NCBI RefSeq assembly: GCF_013122565.1
Contig: NZ_CP053258.1
Length of the DNA: 64,000 bases
Strand: one strand, 5' to 3'
Source of the DNA: Escherichia coli
GTDB lineage: Bacteria > Pseudomonadota > Gammaproteobacteria > Enterobacterales > Enterobacteriaceae
A program made the position numbers and the translations under genes. Positions 1-12,807 of this stretch are shown here, one piece after another. Under the pieces are notes generated by a model. The model did no database searches and was not told where the DNA came from. It was given only the letters and a program-made list of their open reading frames with translations. The first letter of the stretch is position 1; every line of letters begins with the position of its first letter.

Positions 1-949
1 TAAAGGTCGTGGTCCGGTTGCTACCGTTCTGGTACGTGAAGGTACTCTGCACAAGGGCGATATCGTTCTGTGTGGCTTCGAATACGGTCGTGTTCGTGCG
101 ATGCGTAACGAACTGGGTCAGGAAGTGCTGGAAGCGGGTCCGTCCATTCCGGTGGAAATCCTCGGCCTGTCCGGCGTTCCGGCTGCGGGTGATGAAGTTA
201 CCGTTGTACGTGACGAGAAGAAAGCGCGTGAAGTTGCACTCTATCGTCAGGGTAAATTCCGCGAAGTTAAACTGGCGCGTCAGCAGAAATCTAAACTCGA
301 GAACATGTTTGCCAACATGACCGAAGGCGAAGTTCACGAAGTGAATATCGTCCTGAAGGCAGACGTACAGGGTTCTGTGGAAGCGATCTCCGACTCCTTG
401 CTGAAACTGTCTACTGACGAAGTTAAAGTGAAGATCATCGGTTCTGGCGTAGGTGGTATCACCGAAACCGACGCCACCCTGGCTGCGGCGTCCAACGCCA
501 TCCTGGTTGGCTTCAACGTACGTGCTGATGCCTCTGCACGTAAAGTGATTGAAGCGGAAAGCCTGGATCTGCGTTACTACTCCGTCATCTATAACCTGAT
601 CGACGAAGTGAAAGCGGCGATGAGCGGTATGCTGTCTCCGGAACTGAAACAGCAGATTATCGGTCTGGCGGAAGTTCGTGACGTGTTCAAATCGCCGAAA
701 TTTGGTGCCATCGCAGGCTGTATGGTTACCGAAGGTGTGGTTAAACGTCACAACCCGATCCGCGTTCTGCGTGACAACGTGGTTATCTATGAAGGCGAGC
801 TGGAGTCCCTGCGCCGCTTCAAAGATGACGTTAACGAAGTCCGTAACGGTATGGAATGTGGTATCGGCGTTAAGAACTACAACGACGTCCGCACTGGCGA
901 TGTGATCGAAGTATTCGAAATCATCGAGATCCAACGTACCATCGCTTAA
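1..949 (+). CDS. infB: Translation initiation factor IF-2, C-terminal part (5' end lies outside the window)
   Basis: Open frame runs from the window edge to the stop at 947-949; the translation (…[30 protein letters not shown]…IIEIQRTIA) matches the IF-2 C-terminal domain; synteny with rbfA-truB-rpsO-pnp. Confidence 0.95.
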
Positions 950-964
950 GGTTTTTAGGGTTCC

Positions 965-1045
965 ATGCGGGATAAGGCGTTTACGCCGCATCCGGCATGG
1001 ATTGCATGATGCGACGCTGGCGCGTCTTATCAGGCCAACGTGAAC
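965..1045. repeat. REP/BIME-like palindromic element in the infB-rbfA intergenic region
   Basis: Contains cgccgcatccggca and a ttatcaggcc-type motif typical of enterobacterial REP units. Confidence 0.4.
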
Positions 1046-1076
1046 AGCCCTTCCACCTGAAATTAATTTTTAAAAA

Positions 1077-1097
1077 GGGGCTAACAGCCCCTTTTTT
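1077..1097 (+). terminator. GC hairpin plus T-run between infB and rbfA (attenuator or terminator-like)
   Basis: ggggctaacagcccc followed by tttttt. Confidence 0.4.
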
Positions 1098-1113
1098 GTC
1101 AGGAGAATTTATT

Positions 1114-1515
1114 ATGGCGAAAGAATTTGGTCGCCCGCAGCGCGTAGCGCAGGAAATGCAAAAAGAGATCGCTCTCATCCTGCAGCGTGAAATTAAAGAT
1201 CCTCGCCTGGGCATGATGACCACCGTTTCCGGTGTCGAAATGTCTCGCGACCTGGCGTATGCCAAAGTATATGTGACGTTCCTCAACGACAAAGATGAAG
1301 ACGCGGTTAAAGCGGGCATCAAAGCGTTGCAGGAAGCTTCTGGTTTCATCCGCAGCCTGCTGGGTAAAGCGATGCGCCTGCGTATCGTGCCGGAACTGAC
1401 CTTCTTCTACGACAACTCTCTGGTTGAAGGGATGCGTATGTCAAACCTGGTGACCAGCGTGGTCAAACATGACGAAGAACGTCGTGTTAACCCGGACGAC
1501 AGCAAGGAGGACTAA
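1114..1515 (+). CDS. rbfA: Ribosome-binding factor A (133 aa)
   Basis: ATG at 1114 preceded by aggag; translation [33 protein letters not shown]…; the track ORF 997..1515 is an upstream in-frame extension. Confidence 0.95.
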
Positions 1516-2459
1516 TGAGTCGTCCTCGTCGTCGCGGTCGCGACATTAACGGCGTTTTGTTGCTGGATAAACCGCAGGGTATGTCCAGCAACGATGCGCT
1601 GCAAAAAGTGAAACGGATTTATAACGCCAACCGTGCCGGGCATACCGGTGCGCTGGACCCGCTGGCGACCGGCATGTTGCCGATTTGCCTCGGGGAAGCG
1701 ACGAAGTTTTCCCAGTATCTGCTGGACTCCGACAAACGCTATCGGGTCATTGCGCGTCTTGGACAGCGTACCGATACTTCTGACGCCGACGGACAAATCG
1801 TTGAAGAGCGTCCGGTAACCTTTAGTGCAGAACAACTGGCGGCGGCACTGGATACTTTCCGTGGCGATATCGAACAGATCCCATCGATGTATTCAGCACT
1901 GAAATACCAGGGCAAAAAACTGTACGAATATGCGCGTCAGGGCATTGAAGTTCCGCGTGAAGCGCGTCCGATTACCGTTTATGAATTGCTGTTTATTCGC
2001 CATGAAGGCAATGAGCTGGAGCTGGAAATTCACTGCTCAAAAGGCACTTATATCCGCACTATCATTGACGACCTGGGTGAGAAACTCGGCTGTGGCGCGC
2101 ATGTTATTTACCTGCGCCGTCTGGCGGTAAGTAAATATCCGGTTGAACGGATGGTGACCCTGGAACATCTGCGTGAACTGGTCGAACAAGCCGAACAGCA
2201 GGATATTCCAGCTGCGGAGTTACTTGATCCATTACTGATGCCAATGGACAGTCCAGCTTCGGACTATCCGGTGGTGAATCTTCCGTTAACGTCTTCTGTT
2301 TACTTCAAAAATGGTAACCCGGTTCGTACATCTGGCGCGCCGCTGGAAGGACTGGTTCGCGTCACGGAAGGTGAGTACGGCAAATTTATCGGTATGGGCG
2401 AAATTGACGATGAAGGCCGCGTTGCGCCTCGTCGTCTGGTGGTTGAATACCCGGCGTAA
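1515..2459 (+). CDS. truB: tRNA pseudouridine-55 synthase (314 aa)
   Basis: Track ORF 1515..2459; translation [49 protein letters not shown]… is TruB. Confidence 0.97.
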   Translation: MSRPRRRGRDINGVLLLDKPQGMSSNDALQKVKRIYNANRAGHTGALDPLATGMLPICLGEATKFSQYLLDSDKRYRVIARLGQRTDTSDADGQIVEERPVTFSAEQLAAALDTFRGDIEQIPSMYSALKYQGKKLYEYARQGIEVPREARPITVYELLFIRHEGNELELEIHCSKGTYIRTIIDDLGEKLGCGAHVIYLRRLAVSKYPVERMVTLEHLRELVEQAEQQDIPAAELLDPLLMPMDSPASDYPVVNLPLTSSVYFKNGNPVRTSGAPLEGLVRVTEGEYGKFIGMGEIDDEGRVAPRRLVVEYPA

Positions 2460-2511
2460 TGTTAACCGTCTTGCGATAACAGGTCGCTACGAGTAGAATA
2501 CTGCCGCTTAA

Positions 2512-2877
<366 letters not shown>

Positions 2878-2893
2878 TTCTTGCGAGTTTCAG

Positions 2894-3067
2894 AAAAGGG
2901 GGCCTGAGTGGCCCCTTTTTTCAAGCTGACGGCAGCAATTAACTGGAAACTAATGTATTGTTGCTATGAATGATCTTCCGTTGCAGAGGTTCGCGCGGCT
3001 AATGAGAGGCTTTACCCACATAGAGCTGGGTTAGGGTTGTCATTAGTCGCGAGGATGCGCAGAAGAT
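2894..3067 (-). ncRNA. sraG: Possible SraG (PsrO) sRNA antisense to the pnp leader; position inferred from the K-12 map, not from a sequence match
   Basis: In K-12 SraG lies between rpsO and pnp on the strand opposite pnp; coordinates are transferred by offset from the pnp start and are approximate. Confidence 0.3.
2895..2922 (+). terminator. rpsO rho-independent terminator
   Basis: gggggcctgagtggcccc hairpin followed by tttttt immediately after the rpsO stop. Confidence 0.7.
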
Positions 3068-3123
3068 CGGGTATTAACACCAGTGCCGTAAGGTACTGTC
3101 TAAGAAAGAGAAAGGATATTACA

Positions 3124-5259
3124 TTGCTTAATCCGATCGTTCGTAAATTCCAGTACGGCCAACACACCGTGACTCTGGAAACCGGCATGATGGCTCGTCA
3201 GGCTACTGCCGCTGTTATGGTTAGCATGGATGACACCGCGGTATTTGTTACCGTTGTTGGCCAGAAAAAAGCCAAACCAGGTCAGGACTTCTTCCCACTG
3301 ACCGTTAACTATCAGGAGCGTACCTACGCTGCTGGTCGTATCCCGGGTAGCTTCTTCCGTCGTGAAGGCCGCCCAAGCGAAGGCGAAACCCTGATCGCGC
3401 GTCTGATTGACCGCCCGATTCGCCCGCTGTTCCCGGAAGGCTTCGTCAACGAAGTTCAGGTTATCGCCACCGTGGTTTCTGTTAACCCGCAAGTTAACCC
3501 GGATATCGTCGCGATGATTGGTGCTTCCGCAGCACTGTCTCTGTCTGGTATTCCGTTCAATGGTCCGATTGGTGCTGCCCGCGTAGGTTACATCAATGAC
3601 CAGTACGTACTGAACCCGACTCAGGACGAGCTGAAAGAGAGCAAACTGGATCTGGTTGTTGCCGGTACTGAAGCCGCTGTACTGATGGTTGAATCTGAAG
3701 CTGAACTGCTGAGCGAAGACCAGATGCTGGGCGCAGTAGTGTTCGGTCATGAACAACAGCAGGTTGTTATTCAGAACATCAATGAACTGGTGAAAGAAGC
3801 CGGTAAACCGCGTTGGGACTGGCAGCCGGAGCCGGTAAACGAAGCGCTGAACGCGCGCGTTGCTGCACTGGCTGAAGCTCGTCTGAGCGATGCTTACCGC
3901 ATCACCGACAAACAAGAGCGTTATGCGCAGGTTGATGTCATCAAATCTGAAACCATCGCGACGCTGCTTGCTGAAGACGAAACCCTGGACGAAAACGAAC
4001 TGGGTGAAATTCTGCACGCTATCGAGAAAAACGTTGTTCGTAGCCGCGTACTGGCAGGCGAACCGCGTATCGACGGTCGTGAAAAAGATATGATCCGTGG
4101 TCTGGATGTGCGTACTGGTGTGCTGCCGCGTACTCACGGTTCTGCGCTGTTCACCCGTGGTGAAACGCAGGCGCTGGTTACCGCAACGCTGGGTACTGCT
4201 CGTGACGCGCAGGTTCTTGATGAACTGATGGGCGAACGTACCGATACCTTCCTGTTCCACTACAACTTCCCTCCGTACTCCGTAGGCGAAACCGGCATGG
4301 TCGGTTCTCCGAAGCGTCGTGAAATTGGTCACGGTCGTCTGGCGAAGCGCGGCGTGCTGGCAGTCATGCCGGATATGGACAAATTCCCGTACACCGTACG
4401 TGTTGTGTCTGAAATCACTGAATCCAACGGTTCCTCTTCTATGGCTTCCGTGTGCGGTGCGTCTCTGGCGCTGATGGACGCAGGTGTGCCAATCAAAGCT
4501 GCCGTTGCGGGTATCGCAATGGGTCTGGTGAAAGAAGGCGACAACTACGTTGTACTGTCTGACATTTTGGGCGACGAAGATCACCTGGGCGATATGGACT
4601 TCAAAGTTGCAGGTTCCCGCGACGGTATCTCTGCACTGCAGATGGATATCAAAATTGAAGGTATCACCAAAGAGATCATGCAGGTTGCACTGAACCAGGC
4701 TAAAGGTGCGCGTCTGCACATCCTGGGTGTAATGGAACAGGCGATCAACGCGCCGCGTGGCGATATCTCTGAGTTCGCACCGCGTATCCATACCATCAAG
4801 ATCAACCCGGACAAGATCAAAGATGTTATCGGTAAAGGCGGCTCTGTTATCCGTGCCCTGACCGAAGAAACCGGCACCACCATCGAAATCGAAGATGACG
4901 GTACTGTGAAGATCGCAGCGACCGACGGCGAGAAGGCGAAAAACGCTATTCGTCGTATCGAAGAGATCACTGCAGAAATTGAAGTGGGCCGCGTCTACAC
5001 TGGTAAAGTGACCCGTATCGTTGACTTTGGCGCATTTGTTGCCATCGGCGGCGGTAAAGAAGGTCTGGTACACATCTCTCAAATCGCTGACAAACGCGTT
5101 GAGAAAGTGACCGATTACCTGCAGATGGGTCAGGAAGTACCGGTGAAAGTTCTGGAAGTTGATCGCCAGGGCCGTATCCGTCTGAGCATTAAAGAAGCGA
5201 CTGAGCAGTCTCAACCTGCTGCAGCACCGGAAGCTCCGGCTGCTGAACAGGGCGAGTAA
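3124..5259 (+). CDS. pnp: Polynucleotide phosphorylase (711 aa), UUG start
   Basis: TTG at 3124 followed by [32 protein letters not shown]…; KH/S1 C-terminus; the track ORF 3037..5259 is an upstream extension. Confidence 0.95.
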   Translation: MLNPIVRKFQYGQHTVTLETGMMARQATAAVMVSMDDTAVFVTVVGQKKAKPGQDFFPLTVNYQERTYAAGRIPGSFFRREGRPSEGETLIARLIDRPIRPLFPEGFVNEVQVIATVVSVNPQVNPDIVAMIGASAALSLSGIPFNGPIGAARVGYINDQYVLNPTQDELKESKLDLVVAGTEAAVLMVESEAELLSEDQMLGAVVFGHEQQQVVIQNINELVKEAGKPRWDWQPEPVNEALNARVAALAEARLSDAYRITDKQERYAQVDVIKSETIATLLAEDETLDENELGEILHAIEKNVVRSRVLAGEPRIDGREKDMIRGLDVRTGVLPRTHGSALFTRGETQALVTATLGTARDAQVLDELMGERTDTFLFHYNFPPYSVGETGMVGSPKRREIGHGRLAKRGVLAVMPDMDKFPYTVRVVSEITESNGSSSMASVCGASLALMDAGVPIKAAVAGIAMGLVKEGDNYVVLSDILGDEDHLGDMDFKVAGSRDGISALQMDIKIEGITKEIMQVALNQAKGARLHILGVMEQAINAPRGDISEFAPRIHTIKINPDKIKDVIGKGGSVIRALTEETGTTIEIEDDGTVKIAATDGEKAKNAIRRIEEITAEIEVGRVYTGKVTRIVDFGAFVAIGGGKEGLVHISQIADKRVEKVTDYLQMGQEVPVKVLEVDRQGRIRLSIKEATEQSQPAAAPEAPAAEQGE

Positions 5260-5267
5260 GGTTGCCA

Positions 5268-5296
5268 TTTGCCCTCCGCTACGGCGGGGGGCTTTT
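5268..5296 (+). terminator. Hairpin plus T-run after pnp
   Basis: gccctccgctacggcgggggc followed by tttt. Confidence 0.4.
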
Positions 5297-5367
5297 AACC
5301 GGGCAGGACGCCTTGTTAGCAACCGGGAACAGGACGTTCATTCAACCGTGGTCTTCGGGAGTGGGAA

Positions 5368-6252
5368 ATGAAGCCTTTTTTGCGCTGGTGTTTCGTTGCG
5401 ACAGCACTTACGCTTGCAGGATGCAGTAATACTTCCTGGCGTAAAAGTGAAGTCCTCGCGGTACCATTGCAACCGACTTTACAGCAGGAAGTGATTCTGG
5501 CACGTATGGAACAAATCCTTGCCAGTCGGGCTTTAACCGATGACGAACGCGCACAGCTTTTATATGAGCGCGGAGTGTTGTATGATAGTCTCGGTCTGAG
5601 GGCATTAGCGCGTAACGATTTTTCGCAAGCGCTGGCAATCCGACCGGATATGCCTGAAGTATTCAATTACTTAGGCATATATTTAACGCAGGCAGGCAAT
5701 TTTGATGCTGCCTATGAAGCGTTTGATTCTGTACTTGAGCTTGATCCAACTTACAACTACGCGCACTTGAATCGCGGGATCGCATTATATTACGGCGGTC
5801 GTGACAAGTTAGCGCAAGATGATCTGCTGGCGTTTTATCAAGACGATCCCAATGATCCTTTCCGTAGTCTGTGGCTTTATCTCGCCGAGCAGAAGCTCGA
5901 TGAGAAGCAGGCTAAAGAAGTGTTGAAACAGCATTTCGAAAAATCGGATAAGGAACAGTGGGGATGGAACATTGTCGAGTTCTACCTGGGCAACATTAGC
6001 GAACAAACGTTAATGGAAAGGCTCAAGGCGGACGCAACGGATAACACCTCGCTCGCTGAGCATCTCAGTGAAACCAACTTCTATTTAGGTAAGTACTACC
6101 TAAGTCTGGGGGATTTGGACAGCGCCACGGCACTGTTCAAACTGGCGGTTGCCAACAACGTTCATAACTTTGTTGAGCACCGATACGCATTGTTGGAATT
6201 ATCGCTCCTGGGCCAGGACCAAGATGACCTGGCAGAATCGGACCAGCAATAG
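5368..6252 (+). CDS. nlpI: Lipoprotein NlpI (294 aa, TPR repeats)
   Basis: Track ORF; lipobox LTLAGC near the N-terminus; synteny pnp-nlpI-deaD. Confidence 0.95.
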
Positions 6253-6431
6253 CTGACGTACACATCAGCCCGTAATCTTTTTTGATTGCCATCACCTTAA
6301 CGGGTGAGGGCGTTGTTGTTCGTTAATACACCTACTTTGAGCCGGTTCACACTTTTCAATGAAAATTGCTGATCAATTTCATGATGAGTTATGTAGACTG
6401 GCCGCCATTAATTTTGAGGCACACGTACTAC

Positions 6432-8321
6432 ATGGCTGAATTCGAAACCACTTTTGCAGATCTGGGCCTGAAGGCTCCTATCCTTGAAGCCCTTAACGAT
6501 CTGGGTTACGAAAAACCATCTCCAATTCAGGCAGAGTGTATTCCACATCTGCTGAATGGCCGCGACGTTCTGGGTATGGCCCAGACGGGGAGCGGAAAAA
6601 CTGCAGCATTCTCTTTACCTCTGCTGCAGAATCTTGATCCTGAGCTGAAAGCACCACAGATTCTGGTGCTGGCACCGACCCGCGAACTGGCGGTACAGGT
6701 TGCTGAAGCAATGACGGATTTCTCTAAACACATGCGCGGCGTAAACGTGGTTGCCCTGTACGGCGGCCAGCGTTATGACGTGCAATTACGCGCCCTGCGT
6801 CAGGGGCCGCAGATCGTTGTCGGTACTCCGGGCCGTCTGCTGGACCACCTGAAACGTGGCACTCTGGACCTCTCTAAACTGAGCGGCCTGGTTCTGGATG
6901 AAGCTGACGAAATGCTGCGCATGGGCTTCATCGAAGACGTTGAAACCATTATGGCGCAGATACCGGAAGGTCATCAGACCGCTCTGTTCTCTGCAACCAT
7001 GCCGGAAGCGATTCGTCGCATTACCCGCCGCTTTATGAAAGAGCCGCAGGAAGTGCGCATTCAGTCCAGCGTGACTACCCGTCCTGACATCAGCCAGAGC
7101 TACTGGACTGTCTGGGGTATGCGTAAAAACGAAGCACTGGTACGTTTCCTGGAAGCGGAAGATTTTGATGCGGCGATTATCTTCGTTCGTACCAAAAATG
7201 CGACTCTGGAAGTGGCTGAAGCTCTTGAGCGTAACGGCTACAACAGCGCCGCGCTGAACGGTGACATGAACCAGGCGCTGCGTGAGCAGACACTGGAACG
7301 CCTGAAAGATGGTCGTCTGGACATCCTGATTGCGACCGACGTTGCAGCCCGTGGCCTGGACGTTGAGCGTATCAGCCTTGTAGTTAACTACGATATCCCG
7401 ATGGATTCTGAGTCTTACGTTCACCGTATCGGTCGTACCGGTCGTGCGGGTCGTGCTGGCCGCGCGCTGCTGTTCGTTGAGAACCGCGAGCGTCGTCTGC
7501 TGCGCAACATTGAACGTACTATGAAGCTGACTATTCCGGAAGTAGAACTGCCGAACGCAGAACTGCTGGGCAAACGCCGTCTGGAAAAATTCGCCGCTAA
7601 AGTACAGCAGCAGCTGGAAAGCAGCGATCTGGATCAATACCGCGCACTGCTGAGCAAAATTCAGCCGACTGCAGAAGGTGAAGAGCTGGATCTCGAAACT
7701 CTGGCTGCGGCACTGCTGAAAATGGCACAGGGTGAACGTACTCTGATTGTTCCGCCTGATGCGCCGATGCGTCCGAAACGTGAATTCCGTGACCGTGATG
7801 ACCGTGGTCCGCGCGATCGTAACGACCGTGGCCCGCGTGGCGACCGTGAAGATCGTCCGCGTCGTGAACGTCGTGATGTTGGTGACATGCAGCTGTACCG
7901 CATTGAAGTGGGCCGCGATGATGGTGTTGAAGTTCGTCATATCGTTGGCGCGATTGCTAACGAAGGCGACATCAGCAGCCGTTACATCGGTAACATCAAG
8001 CTGTTTGCTTCTCACTCCACCATCGAACTGCCGAAAGGTATGCCGGGTGAAGTGCTGCAACACTTTACGCGTACTCGCATTCTCAACAAGCCGATGAATA
8101 TGCAGTTACTGGGCGATGCACAGCCGCATACTGGCGGAGAGCGTCGTGGCGGTGGTCGTGGTTTCGGTGGCGAGCGTCGTGAAGGTGGTCGTAACTTCAG
8201 CGGTGAACGCCGTGAAGGTGGTCGTGGTGATGGTCGCCGTTTTAGCGGTGAACGTCGTGAAGGCCGCGCTCCGCGTCGTGATGACTCTACCGGTCGTCGT
8301 CGTTTTGGTGGTGATGCGTAA
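6432..8321 (+). CDS. deaD: DEAD-box cold-shock RNA helicase DeaD/CsdA (629 aa)
   Basis: [33 protein letters not shown]…, GSGKT and DEAD motifs, RGG/RD-rich C-terminal tail; start chosen at MAEFETTF within track ORF 6366..8321. Confidence 0.93.
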
Positions 8322-8363
8322 TCATCGCTGAACAGCGAAAACAATCTGTAAAATAATATATAC

Positions 8364-8396
8364 AGCCCCGATTTTAACAATCGGGGCTTTTTTTCT
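8364..8396 (+). terminator. deaD rho-independent terminator
   Basis: agccccgattttaacaatcggggct followed by a T7 run. Confidence 0.6.
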
Positions 8397-8474
8397 GTCT
8401 TTTGTACTCGTGTACTGGTACAGTGCAATGCATAACAACGCAGTCGCACTATTTTTCACTGGAGAGAAGCCCTC

Positions 8475-9719
8475 ATGGCAACACTAACCACCACCCAAAC
8501 GTCACCGTCGCTGCTTGGCGGCGTGGTGATTATCGGCGGCACCATTATTGGCGCAGGGATGTTTTCTCTGCCAGTGGTCATGTCCGGTGCGTGGTTCTTC
8601 TGGTCAATGGCGGCGCTGATCTTCACCTGGTTCTGTATGCTGCATTCCGGCTTGATGATTCTGGAAGCTAACCTGAATTACCGAATCGGTTCGAGTTTTG
8701 ACACCATCACCAAAGATTTGCTGGGCAAAGGCTGGAACGTGGTCAACGGTATTTCCATTGCCTTTGTGCTCTATATCCTGACCTATGCCTATATTTCTGC
8801 CAGCGGTTCGATTCTGCATCATACCTTCGCAGAGATGTCATTGAACGTCCCGGCACGGGCAGCGGGTTTTGGTTTTGCACTGTTGGTGGCGTTTGTGGTG
8901 TGGTTGAGCACTAAAGCCGTCAGCCGCATGACGGCGATTGTGCTGGGGGCGAAAGTCATTACCTTCTTCCTCACCTTCGGTAGCCTGCTGGGGCATGTGC
9001 AGCCAGCGACATTGTTCAACGTCGCCGAAAGCAATGCATCTTATGCGCCGTATTTGCTGATGACGCTGCCGTTCTGCCTGGCGTCGTTTGGTTATCACGG
9101 TAACGTGCCGAGCCTGATGAAGTATTACGGCAAAGATCCGAAAACCATCGTGAAATGCCTGGTGTACGGTACGCTGATGGCACTGGCGCTGTATACCATC
9201 TGGTTGCTGGCGACGATGGGCAACATCCCTCGTCCGGAGTTTATCGGCATCGCCGAGAAGGGCGGTAACATTGATGTGCTGGTACAGGCGTTAAGCGGCG
9301 TGCTGAACAGCCGTAGTCTGGACCTTCTGCTGGTCGTGTTCTCAAATTTTGCGGTAGCGAGTTCGTTCCTCGGCGTAACGCTGGGCCTGTTTGACTATCT
9401 GGCAGACCTGTTTGGTTTTGACGACTCAGCCCTGGGCCGCTTTAAAACGGCATTGCTGACCTTTGCCCCGCCTGTCGTGGGTGGCCTGCTGTTCCCGAAT
9501 GGATTCCTGTACGCCATTGGTTATGCTGGCTTAGCGGCTACCATCTGGGCGGCAATCGTTCCGGCACTGCTGGCCCGCGCATCGCGTAAACGCTTTGGCA
9601 GCCCGAAATTCCGCGTCTGGGGCGGCAAGCCGATGATCGCGCTGATTCTGGTCTTCGGTGTTGGCAACGCACTGGTGCATATCTTATCGAGCTTTAATTT
9701 GCTGCCGGTGTATCAGTAA
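8475..9719 (+). CDS. mtr: Tryptophan-specific permease Mtr (414 aa)
   Basis: Track ORF; polytopic membrane protein [44 protein letters not shown]…; synteny. Confidence 0.95.
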   Translation: MATLTTTQTSPSLLGGVVIIGGTIIGAGMFSLPVVMSGAWFFWSMAALIFTWFCMLHSGLMILEANLNYRIGSSFDTITKDLLGKGWNVVNGISIAFVLYILTYAYISASGSILHHTFAEMSLNVPARAAGFGFALLVAFVVWLSTKAVSRMTAIVLGAKVITFFLTFGSLLGHVQPATLFNVAESNASYAPYLLMTLPFCLASFGYHGNVPSLMKYYGKDPKTIVKCLVYGTLMALALYTIWLLATMGNIPRPEFIGIAEKGGNIDVLVQALSGVLNSRSLDLLLVVFSNFAVASSFLGVTLGLFDYLADLFGFDDSALGRFKTALLTFAPPVVGGLLFPNGFLYAIGYAGLAATIWAAIVPALLARASRKRFGSPKFRVWGGKPMIALILVFGVGNALVHILSSFNLLPVYQ

Positions 9720-9729
9720 TCAGCGGTGC

Positions 9730-9820
9730 CTTATCCGACATTTCTGCTGCCTACACAATGCCTGATGCGCTTCGCTTATCAGGTCTACGTAGGACAGCGT
9801 TGCCAGCTCGGATAAGGCTT
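9730..9820. repeat. REP/BIME cluster downstream of mtr
   Basis: gccttatccgaca … gcctgatgcgcttcgcttatcaggtctacgtagg … ctcggataaggc palindromic units. Confidence 0.5.
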
Positions 9821-9836
9821 CCCGCGTTAAGACACA

Positions 9837-10844
9837 CTATCCCAACAACTCTTCCTTAACATCCATCGCCAGCTCAAACGAATGCAGGCGCGCCTGGTGG
9901 TCGAAAATCTGCCCGTTAACCATAATTTCATCGGCGTCGGTTTCGCGCAGGATCGACTGCAAACCATGACGCACTTTCGCTTTATCGCCCACCAGCGACA
10001 TGCTCAGCGCCTGCTGCACGCCATACTGCTCAGACGGTGACCAGAACTGATCCATATTTTGAATCGGCGGCGGCAGTTGCCCGGTTTCGCCACGGCGTAA
10101 CTTCACAAAGGCTTGCTGCATTGAGGTAAACAGAAATTCAGCGTCGCGGTTGCTGTCGGCGGCGATAATATTGATGCACACCATCGCGTATGGTTTCTCC
10201 AGCCGAGCCGACGGTTTGAAGTTGCTGCGATAAAGATGCAGCGCCTGGAACAACATATCCGGCGCGAAGTGTGAGGCAAACGCAAACGGCAGACCAAGCT
10301 GCCCCGCCAGTTGCGCGCTGTAAAGGCTGGAGCCTAACAACCACACGGGGATTTTCTCGCCATAGCCCGGCACTGGGCGCACATGCGGATTGGGATCGCG
10401 GGCGTCAAACCAGTCCACCAGCTCCGCGACATCGCGGGGGAAATTATCAATATCGCCGCTCATATGACGACGCAGCGCCATCATGGTTCGCTGATCGCTA
10501 CCCGGTGCACGACCCAGCCCCAAATCGATTCGCCCCGGATAGAGCGTATTGAGTGTGCCGAACTGTTCGGCAATCACCAACGGTGAGTGGTTAGGCAACA
10601 TCACGCCGCCGGACCCAAGATGCAGCGTGGTGGTATTCGCCGCCAGATAGCCAATTAACACAGACGTTGCAGCACTGGCAATGCCGGTCATATTGTGGTG
10701 TTCCGCCAGCCAGTAGCGATGATAGCCGCGCTTTTCAGCCAGACGGGCGAGATCGAGAGAGTGGGAGAATGCTTCTCGTGCTGAAGAACCTTCGGGGATG
10801 GGGGCCAGATCGAGTAGCGAAAACGCAATGGTTTTATCAGTCAT
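9837..10844 (-). CDS. yhbW: Luciferase-like monooxygenase family protein YhbW (335 aa)
   Basis: Track ORF; synteny adjacent to mtr; translation [51 protein letters not shown]…. Confidence 0.9.
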   Translation of the reverse strand: MTDKTIAFSLLDLAPIPEGSSAREAFSHSLDLARLAEKRGYHRYWLAEHHNMTGIASAATSVLIGYLAANTTTLHLGSGGVMLPNHSPLVIAEQFGTLNTLYPGRIDLGLGRAPGSDQRTMMALRRHMSGDIDNFPRDVAELVDWFDARDPNPHVRPVPGYGEKIPVWLLGSSLYSAQLAGQLGLPFAFASHFAPDMLFQALHLYRSNFKPSARLEKPYAMVCINIIAADSNRDAEFLFTSMQQAFVKLRRGETGQLPPPIQNMDQFWSPSEQYGVQQALSMSLVGDKAKVRHGLQSILRETDADEIMVNGQIFDHQARLHSFELAMDVKEELLG

Positions 10845-10924
10845 AACAGCTCACTTTGTTACCGATTAATCTTTAATACTGCATTAAAGAGTAGTTAACG
10901 TTGTTAACAAAGTGAGCTATATAT

Positions 10925-11803
10925 TTACGCTTGCAGCTCCAGCCCCGCCAGCCGCCGCCAGTAGCCGTTACAGTCGCTGTTCGCCGTCAACGGTAGTGGC
11001 GCAGCGCCATTTTCATTAGCGCGGAAGGCGTCGAGCATCGCGAAAGTGTCACTGCCCTGCGGTGACAGGCGGACCACATCAACCAGCCCTTGCATGGATG
11101 CCAGCTCGTTACCGAGGTTGTACACGTAGCCGCTCATGGTCTGAATGCCATTGAGTACAAACACTTGTTGGTTCTCCTGCGACAGCACGTTGCGCCCGTT
11201 CGGATACTTAATGCAGCAGGTTTCGCACTCATCTTTCGGGCGGTCTTCCGAACGCGCGGTAAAGCAGCGGGCGGAGTAGGCCAGCGGCAGGTGACCGTAA
11301 CTCAGGACTTCCACTTCAAACTGGTTGCGAATGCCCAGTTCATCGCACTGGGTAAGCAGATTCACCAGCCAGTCGCGGGAAAGCTCCACCGGCATACACC
11401 AGCGCATCATGCCCTGTTTGAGCAATATTTTCAGCGTCACCGCGTTGTAGCAGTTCAGCGCGTGCCCGGCGACAAACGGCAGTTTACGTTCAGCGCACAT
11501 ATTCACCACGCCGAGATCGCTGGCTTCAATCAGAAACTCACCGTTCTCAACATAGCGTTTCAGTTCGCCCAGTTCAGATGATGCCTGCACCAGCGCCAGC
11601 GTGGAGAGCACTATCTGCTTACCACTTCCGGCGAGCGATTTTGCCATCTCCAGCCAGTCGCCAACTTTGGTTGCCCGGCGCTTGCTGCAAACCGCTTCAC
11701 CGAGATAAATCACGTCGGCGCTGCTGGTGGCGGCCTGCTGATAAAATTCTTCCAGCGTCTCTTTTGGCCAGTACCACAGCACTGGCCCTAAGGAATATTT
11801 CAT
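10925..11803 (-). CDS. ubiV: Peptidase U32-family protein UbiV (YhbV), O2-independent ubiquinone biosynthesis (292 aa)
   Basis: Start taken at MKYSLGPVLWYWPKE… within track ORF 10925..11821; follows ubiU by 8 nt. Confidence 0.85.
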   Translation of the reverse strand: MKYSLGPVLWYWPKETLEEFYQQAATSSADVIYLGEAVCSKRRATKVGDWLEMAKSLAGSGKQIVLSTLALVQASSELGELKRYVENGEFLIEASDLGVVNMCAERKLPFVAGHALNCYNAVTLKILLKQGMMRWCMPVELSRDWLVNLLTQCDELGIRNQFEVEVLSYGHLPLAYSARCFTARSEDRPKDECETCCIKYPNGRNVLSQENQQVFVLNGIQTMSGYVYNLGNELASMQGLVDVVRLSPQGSDTFAMLDAFRANENGAAPLPLTANSDCNGYWRRLAGLELQA

Positions 11804-11811
11804 TGCTTTTC

Positions 11812-12807
11812 TCACTGCCATTTACGGTGATACGCGCCAAGGGTGGTCTGCGTGCCTTCGGACATCGACCCGAGCGTCTCCATCCACGCGCTTTGCGGTA
11901 TGAAGTTTTGCGGATCGGCCTTACAACGGTCGATAGCCTGACGCCAGACTTTCGCCACCTGGCTGACATACGCCGGGCTACGCTGGCGGCCTTCAATTTT
12001 CACCGAAGCAATATTCGCTGCCATTAACTCCGGCAGCAGTTCCAGGGTATTGAGACTGGTTGGTTCTTCCAGCGCGTGATAGCGCTCGCCGTCCACCAGA
12101 TAACGCCCTTTACACAACGTCGGATAACCTGCGTTTTCGCCGTCCTGATAACGGTCGATCAGCACTTCGTTCAGGCGGGATTCCAGCCCCTGCGGCGTTT
12201 GTTGCCAGCGCACGAAACGGGCCGGAGAACACGCGCCTACGGTGTTGGGCGACTCACCCGTCAGATACGACGACAGATAGCAACGACCTTCCGACATAAT
12301 GCACAGGCTGCCGAAAGCAAAGACTTCCAGTGGTACAGGTGTGACCCGTGCCAGTTGTTTCACCTGATGAATCGACAACACGCGCGGCAGCACCACGCGG
12401 GCAACGTCAAAATGGCGATGATAAAAGTTAATCGCCTCTTCATTGGTCGCCGAAGCCTGCACTGACACATGACGCTCAATATGCGGGTAATGCTCGGCGG
12501 CGTACTCCAGCATGGCGAGGTCGGCGAGGATCAGCGCGTCGGCACCCAGCTGCGCCGCCATATCCACGGCGCGCTGCCAGCGGGCGTAACCGTCCGGATG
12601 CGCAAAAGTGTTAATCGCGATGTGAAGTTTGCGGCGATGTTGATGGACAAAACTCACCGCTTCCTGCAATTTTTTCTCGGTAAAGTTAAGGCCGGCGAAG
12701 TGACGGGCATTGGTATCATCTTTTAGCCCGATATAAACAGCATCTGCGCCGTTTTCGATGGCCGCCTTAAGCGCCGGGAGATTTCCGGCAGGGCAGAGCA
12801 GCTCCAT
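11812..12807 (-). CDS. ubiU: Peptidase U32-family protein UbiU (YhbU), O2-independent ubiquinone biosynthesis (331 aa)
   Basis: Start taken at MELLCPAGNLPALKAAIENGADAVYIGLKDD… within track ORF 11812..12834. Confidence 0.85.
   Translation of the reverse strand: MELLCPAGNLPALKAAIENGADAVYIGLKDDTNARHFAGLNFTEKKLQEAVSFVHQHRRKLHIAINTFAHPDGYARWQRAVDMAAQLGADALILADLAMLEYAAEHYPHIERHVSVQASATNEEAINFYHRHFDVARVVLPRVLSIHQVKQLARVTPVPLEVFAFGSLCIMSEGRCYLSSYLTGESPNTVGACSPARFVRWQQTPQGLESRLNEVLIDRYQDGENAGYPTLCKGRYLVDGERYHALEEPTSLNTLELLPELMAANIASVKIEGRQRSPAYVSQVAKVWRQAIDRCKADPQNFIPQSAWMETLGSMSEGTQTTLGAYHRKWQ

Noticed and set aside
3100-5322. 740-aa ORF on the minus strand exactly opposite pnp
   Set aside because: Mirror-image antisense ORF of a highly expressed, well-conserved gene; no independent start or RBS context and implausible composition, so treated as an artefact.
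6786-8063. 425-aa minus-strand ORF and several shorter ORFs overlapping deaD
   Set aside because: Antisense to deaD and driven by the low-complexity repeat region; the translations are T/R/N-rich and not protein-like.
8012-8449. 145-aa minus-strand ORF rich in Pro/Arg/Ser across the deaD 3' end and terminator
   Set aside because: Product of the RGG-repeat DNA read on the opposite strand; overlaps the terminator hairpin.
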